From: Amoebidium appalachense
Taxonomy: Eukaryota > Protista > Ichthyosporea
Assembly (NCBI GenBank): GCA_963693365.1
Contig: CAVNZM010000008.1
Coordinates: 6,148,830-6,212,829, forward strand
DNA length: 64,000 bases
Reading direction: 5' to 3'
Shown: in pieces, positions 59,826 through 64,000 of the stretch
Position numbering within the stretch: position 1 is the stretch's first letter
How the letters are laid out: each line of letters begins with the position of its first letter
Translations under genes and position numbers: made by a program
The notes under the pieces: generated by a model
Database searches by the model: none
Told to the model about the DNA's origin: nothing
What the model saw: the letters and a program-made list of their open reading frames with translations, nothing else

Positions 59826-62800
59826 TTTATCCTTCTTCTTCTGGAATGCTCGGACACTGGGCCCCCAAAAGGGCCTCCCCCCCGGGACACTCGACGATAA
59901 AATCAGCTACATACAACAACAGACAAACAACCACACGTTTACAGTGATTTGCGAAACACAGTTTAAAAACCACCACAAATTCAACTCTACATTGGTCGAC
60001 ACATCCACACACCCCGGTTACGCGAAAAACCGAGGCATTATTATACTTGCCGCACCACACGTGAGAGTGAAGTGCAAACCGGTAGCAAAAACGGAATTCT
60101 CGGTTTCTATAGAGTTTCTTTCTAATGTTTTTACTTTTGTATATTACCCACCATCTATGTCGGTTGTCGAATTGACTCACGAGTTGTCACAGTTACCAAT
60201 GTCCACTGTTATTTTAGGTGATTTTAACACGCGACTCCACCACACAGACACACTGCAAGTGAGTGTCGGGTACCCATCTAAGCCCCCGGAGCGTGCTATC
60301 CCTTTAGCAAGGTATGTCCAAAGTCACACTTTGCGGTTCCCTCAAATATCCCATGCCCACAACACCGACTGGGGAGTGGCCTTTTGGCCATCAACCATGT
60401 CAAAACTCTCTCTCCCTCCTAACCTCTCTAGGTCATCTGACCACTCTCCTATCCTTTTCCTACCTAAGATCTCCCTTGATCTGCTCCCCCCTCCCCCTCC
60501 CACCTTTCGCCTCCGTCTATCCCAGCTTAAGTCACAGTGGGGTAGAGTTGATGTATGTGTATGCTATGCTACGAAACACCCTATATATATGCGCCTATTA
60601 GAATCTGCACAAGCCAGGCCAGATTCACATCTCGTACTAGATACATGCACTAACTTTATTGTTGATGATTTGATAGATCTCGGTGATTATGCTGGCGGTG
60701 GTAGGAAGGAATACCCCGATGCTCTCTTGTTACCAAACACCACTCCCGCTAGACTAGGTGAACCCCTGTCTCAAAAGGAAAGCTTGCGCCGGCTTGCTAG
60801 TATGAATCGATTTGGCCCCCCTGCTCGTATTATTGGTGATACCACTGGAGACCCCCTCATAGACTCTGATAAGTATTTCTCGGAACTGTTTAAAGATAGG
60901 ACCCCCGCTCAGAAACCTATTGTGTGGCCTGTAGACCCATCTATCCCCATAGAATCGATCCTCCCCTTTTTCAGTCCCGATGCCATATGGTCTGTGATAT
61001 CTAGTTATAGCTCTAGTAAGTCTTGTGGACCTGATGGACTCCCTGCTGGGTTTCTTAAAATCCTTGTTCCCTCCTACCCACAAAAGGAAAGTGATCGTGC
61101 TATTAAACCTGATCTTACTATCATGTTAAGCTCTCTCTTTTCTTGGTGTGTTAAATGTGGACATGTCCCGTCATCTTGGTTAGATACCTTAGTGATCCCC
61201 ATAGTTAAGAAGGACTCTGAGGGCCCCATATCATCCTTTCGCCCCATTACACTAACCCAGGTTGTTCGTAGATTCTTTGAAGCTTGCTTACTTAGGTTAT
61301 TTGCACATCACCCTAGGTTTCAATCTATTCTTCACATACACCCATGCCAATCCGCTTTTCGTAAAAACAATTCATGTTATGTTCAAATAATGGCACTGCA
61401 CGATTCTATGCAAGTTGGTGCACAATATGTTGGCTTTATTGATTGGAAAACTGCTTACGATTCTGTCTCCCCTGGTCTCCTATGGGAAAAGCTTGCTGCA
61501 CGGGGTGTACCACACTGCATTGGTGTTCTGTTAGAAGCACTCTTGTCTCAAACCTATGGTAGAGCTGTGGTTAATGGGCATCTTTCATATGGTTTTGCTC
61601 GTACTAGAGGTCTCTTGCAGGGTTCATTGCTTAGCCCCTTTTTGTTTAACCTATTTATAGATGATTTGGCTGTCAAGATTTACGCCGAAAACGATGACCC
61701 TATTAATAACTTTCCGCCTGCACTTCTCTATGCTGATGATCTGTCCCTCCTTGCCCGTACCCCTAGACGCCTGCAAAGATTGTTCGATGTAGTGTCAGAG
61801 TGGTGCAAGGCAAACCTTATGATCCTTAACATAGACAAATGTGGTGTTCTTGTACCTGATATAGCTAACAATTTACACACATTTACATTATCATCTAAAC
61901 CTGTACCTATAGTTCCAGAATACAAATATCTTGGTGTTCCGGTTGATTCTGTTGGTGTTATGTTTCCCCATATGGTCGAAAAGAGGGTAGAGTTGGCTCG
62001 TAAGCGGTTAGCTTTCTTCTCGGCTAATATTTTTAAAGACACACCCCTCCATCCTTCTATTAGACTTACATTTATTCGCACTTTTGTCTTCCCGGCATGT
62101 GAATATGGTTTACCCCTTCTCGCCGCTTGGATCAAGAAAGAGAGAACTAGAGCGCTTAAACCCTTGGCAAATTTCCTTGAAGCAGAAGTTGCCTCCTTTC
62201 TATCTAACAACTGTTGTAAACCTGGGCCTGTAACGCTCTCGATATATGGTCTGGTCCCAATAGCTGCTAGAGTATCCTATCTCGCGCTGAAATTCAATAA
62301 GCACATAAGCCGCTTAAAGAAGTATTTGCCCTCCCACCCTCTCTTCTCTATCCGACCTGTCCCCTCCTCACCTCTCCCCTCTTTCCTCCCCTCTATCTCC
62401 CCTTCTCCCCTGGGCACAAATACAAATAAACCCCGCAATAGTGTGTGTGTGACTTTGGACTGCCACTTACTTATTAAACATGTACACAATCACAAGATAA
62501 TCACGCAATATAACAAATGGAAAAAGATACCACACGACACTAGACCCGATGAAAGCATACACCTTGAAAAACTAAGCCTTATGTCTCGTTTTATATATAC
62601 TGACCGCCTCAACCATATTGCCAAATATGGCACTCGCAAGTGTATAACACCTAAATACATATTACCTTCCTGTAGAACTGGTCTTTCTCTAGCTGATGGT
62701 ATTATTGATCAATTACCACGCTTTTACTGTACACGTGCTATACAGTGGAGATCTAATAAGTATAAGGTGGCATCATTTGCATGCCCAAACAACACACACA

Positions 62801-63012
62801 CACACCAGTTTAACCGGTCATGTATCGCCAAATGTAGTTTGATAGACCACATAATACCGCAACACACACACGTCACATTCACAACAGACACCCAGAAAGA
62901 TAGCCTACCTGTAAATTACAACATCCTTGATTTTATACTAAACATGCGTAACTACGACCTGTTTATTAGATGTATTGATTGGCTTGAGAAACACATCACT
63001 ACAAAATTATAG
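59818..63012 (+). CDS. Non-LTR ORF2: apurinic-like endonuclease plus reverse transcriptase
   Basis: APE motifs WNAR, ICET, YYPP, LGDFN, SDH; RT motifs GPDG, FRPITL, QSAFR, FIDWKTAYDSV, GLLQGSLLSPFLFNLFIDD, YADD, YKYLG; Cys/His-rich C-terminus; no RNase H seen. Confidence 0.96.
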   Translation: MPNLSFFFWNARTLGPQKGLPPGTLDDKISYIQQQTNNHTFTVICETQFKNHHKFNSTLVDTSTHPGYAKNRGIIILAAPHVRVKCKPVAKTEFSVSIEFLSNVFTFVYYPPSMSVVELTHELSQLPMSTVILGDFNTRLHHTDTLQVSVGYPSKPPERAIPLARYVQSHTLRFPQISHAHNTDWGVAFWPSTMSKLSLPPNLSRSSDHSPILFLPKISLDLLPPPPPTFRLRLSQLKSQWGRVDVCVCYATKHPIYMRLLESAQARPDSHLVLDTCTNFIVDDLIDLGDYAGGGRKEYPDALLLPNTTPARLGEPLSQKESLRRLASMNRFGPPARIIGDTTGDPLIDSDKYFSELFKDRTPAQKPIVWPVDPSIPIESILPFFSPDAIWSVISSYSSSKSCGPDGLPAGFLKILVPSYPQKESDRAIKPDLTIMLSSLFSWCVKCGHVPSSWLDTLVIPIVKKDSEGPISSFRPITLTQVVRRFFEACLLRLFAHHPRFQSILHIHPCQSAFRKNNSCYVQIMALHDSMQVGAQYVGFIDWKTAYDSVSPGLLWEKLAARGVPHCIGVLLEALLSQTYGRAVVNGHLSYGFARTRGLLQGSLLSPFLFNLFIDDLAVKIYAENDDPINNFPPALLYADDLSLLARTPRRLQRLFDVVSEWCKANLMILNIDKCGVLVPDIANNLHTFTLSSKPVPIVPEYKYLGVPVDSVGVMFPHMVEKRVELARKRLAFFSANIFKDTPLHPSIRLTFIRTFVFPACEYGLPLLAAWIKKERTRALKPLANFLEAEVASFLSNNCCKPGPVTLSIYGLVPIAARVSYLALKFNKHISRLKKYLPSHPLFSIRPVPSSPLPSFLPSISPSPLGTNTNKPRNSVCVTLDCHLLIKHVHNHKIITQYNKWKKIPHDTRPDESIHLEKLSLMSRFIYTDRLNHIAKYGTRKCITPKYILPSCRTGLSLADGIIDQLPRFYCTRAIQWRSNKYKVASFACPNNTHTHQFNRSCIAKCSLIDHIIPQHTHVTFTTDTQKDSLPVNYNILDFILNMRNYDLFIRCIDWLEKHITTKL

Positions 63013-63033
63013 CGCACGCGCACACACACACAC

Positions 63034-63084
<51 letters not shown>

Positions 63085-63116
63085 CCAGCTGATACCGAGT
63101 GTCCCGAGGGGAGCCC

Positions 63117-63157
<41 letters not shown>

Positions 63158-63720
63158 GGGGAACCCCAACTAATTGATTTCTCCTTGTAGTCTTTATGGT
63201 GTCTCGTAGAGAAAGTAAACCCTGATATATAGTCACCACCCGACATCTATGTACGTGATCATGATATACCGCTGAGGGGATATTCCGAGCAAAACCCCCC
63301 CCCCCCATACCTGAGACTGGTTCTCTTTGCCTCGAGTAAACAGCGTAAACCCTTCTCTATTACAAGACTTACAAGTTTTAACTACTTATTTTAAAGTAGC
63401 AATTATTAGTTAATGTTTTATCTGTGAATGCGTTTCGCCGGGCCAACCACGTAACCCTCCTTTTTTTTTGCCCGACTGAGGACGGTCACTTTCACTTTGT
63501 TCCCTCAAGTTGAAAGCACCCCCAAAAAACAGGAGAAAACGGTTACTTATAGCAGTAAGTTCTGACTCTCTTCGCCCGCTGAAAACGACTTGGTAAATTT
63601 TAAAGCGAGTTCTTTTCTTTTTTTTTTTCTTCATTCCTTTTTGCGCTCTCTTTTGTCCAGTCTCCCCCTTGAGCCTTGCGAGAGATCTTTTTCCACACAC
63701 GTCAACATCTCAGTGACAAC

Positions 63721-63882
63721 ATGGCAAGCGCAGAGTTCATCGGAGCCAAGCAGCTCTCAGAGTTGGAGGCCTTTGTGTCTCTCTGCCGCAACAACCCAAA
63801 CGTTCTGCACCACCCCGACCTCTCATTCTTCAAAGACTGGCTGGTGGAGATGGGAGCAGAGGTTCCAGAGCCAACCGAGCAG
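63721..63882 (+). CDS. ST13: ST13/HIP (Hsc70-interacting protein) exon 1, N-terminal dimerisation domain (3'-partial)
   Basis: MASAEFIGAKQLSELEAFVSLCRNNPNVLHHPDLSFFKDWLVEMGAEVP resembles the HipN domain (EL.AFV..C...P.VLH......F...W...MG..VP); donor CAG|GTTTGT. Confidence 0.85.
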
Positions 63883-64000
63883 GTTTGTTGGCCGTGCAAT
63901 CACCTGTCCGTCTGATAGGTGGGCAAGATCGGCGCAATCACAAGACATGTTTTCTAACGCCAATTTCTTCCCTCCCAAAATATGCTTACATCTATAAACG

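Larger units (their letters stand above)
58480..63352 (+). mobile_element. Apparently intact two-ORF non-LTR (LINE-like) retrotransposon
   Basis: ORF1 plus uninterrupted APE-RT ORF2. The 3' boundary is defined by the end of homology with the truncated copy; the 5' boundary is approximate (an 18-bp tandem duplication CAGTCGCACACATCGATT lies at 58498-58533). Confidence 0.9.

Overview
Eukaryotic genomic DNA with introns saturated in poly-C/poly-G, (CA)n/(TG)n and (CT)n/(GA)n tracts, so almost all short ORFs in the ORF track are artefacts. A unicellular holozoan/opisthokont origin is inferred from the MLX, KLHDC1/2 and ST13 content. Manual splicing gives five genes: the 3' part of an MLX/Mondo-family bHLH-ZIP gene (+, 504-6514); a complete ~20-exon RBM28/NOP4 gene (-, 10811-29689); a 2-exon KLHDC1/2-like kelch gene (+, 35370-38518); a 9-exon orphan membrane-protein gene with a C-terminal anchor (-, 41064-48524); and exon 1 of ST13/HIP (+, 63721-63882). 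Mobile DNA comprises an apparently intact two-ORF APE/RT non-LTR retrotransposon (~58.5-63.35 kb), a 5'-truncated copy of it (52.9-53.5 kb) and a decayed relative (7.6-9.2 kb). The most interesting signal is a non-coding, structured, 452-bp-period repeat family. It occurs as monomers and tandem multimers, lies in introns, is sense to the host gene in every copy I could place in a gene, and ends in a poly-C tract. Its core shows compensatory base changes between subfamilies and contains hammerhead-like core strands, making it a candidate retrozyme-like element. Also notable: many 3' splice sites use (CA)n-AG in place of a polypyrimidine tract.
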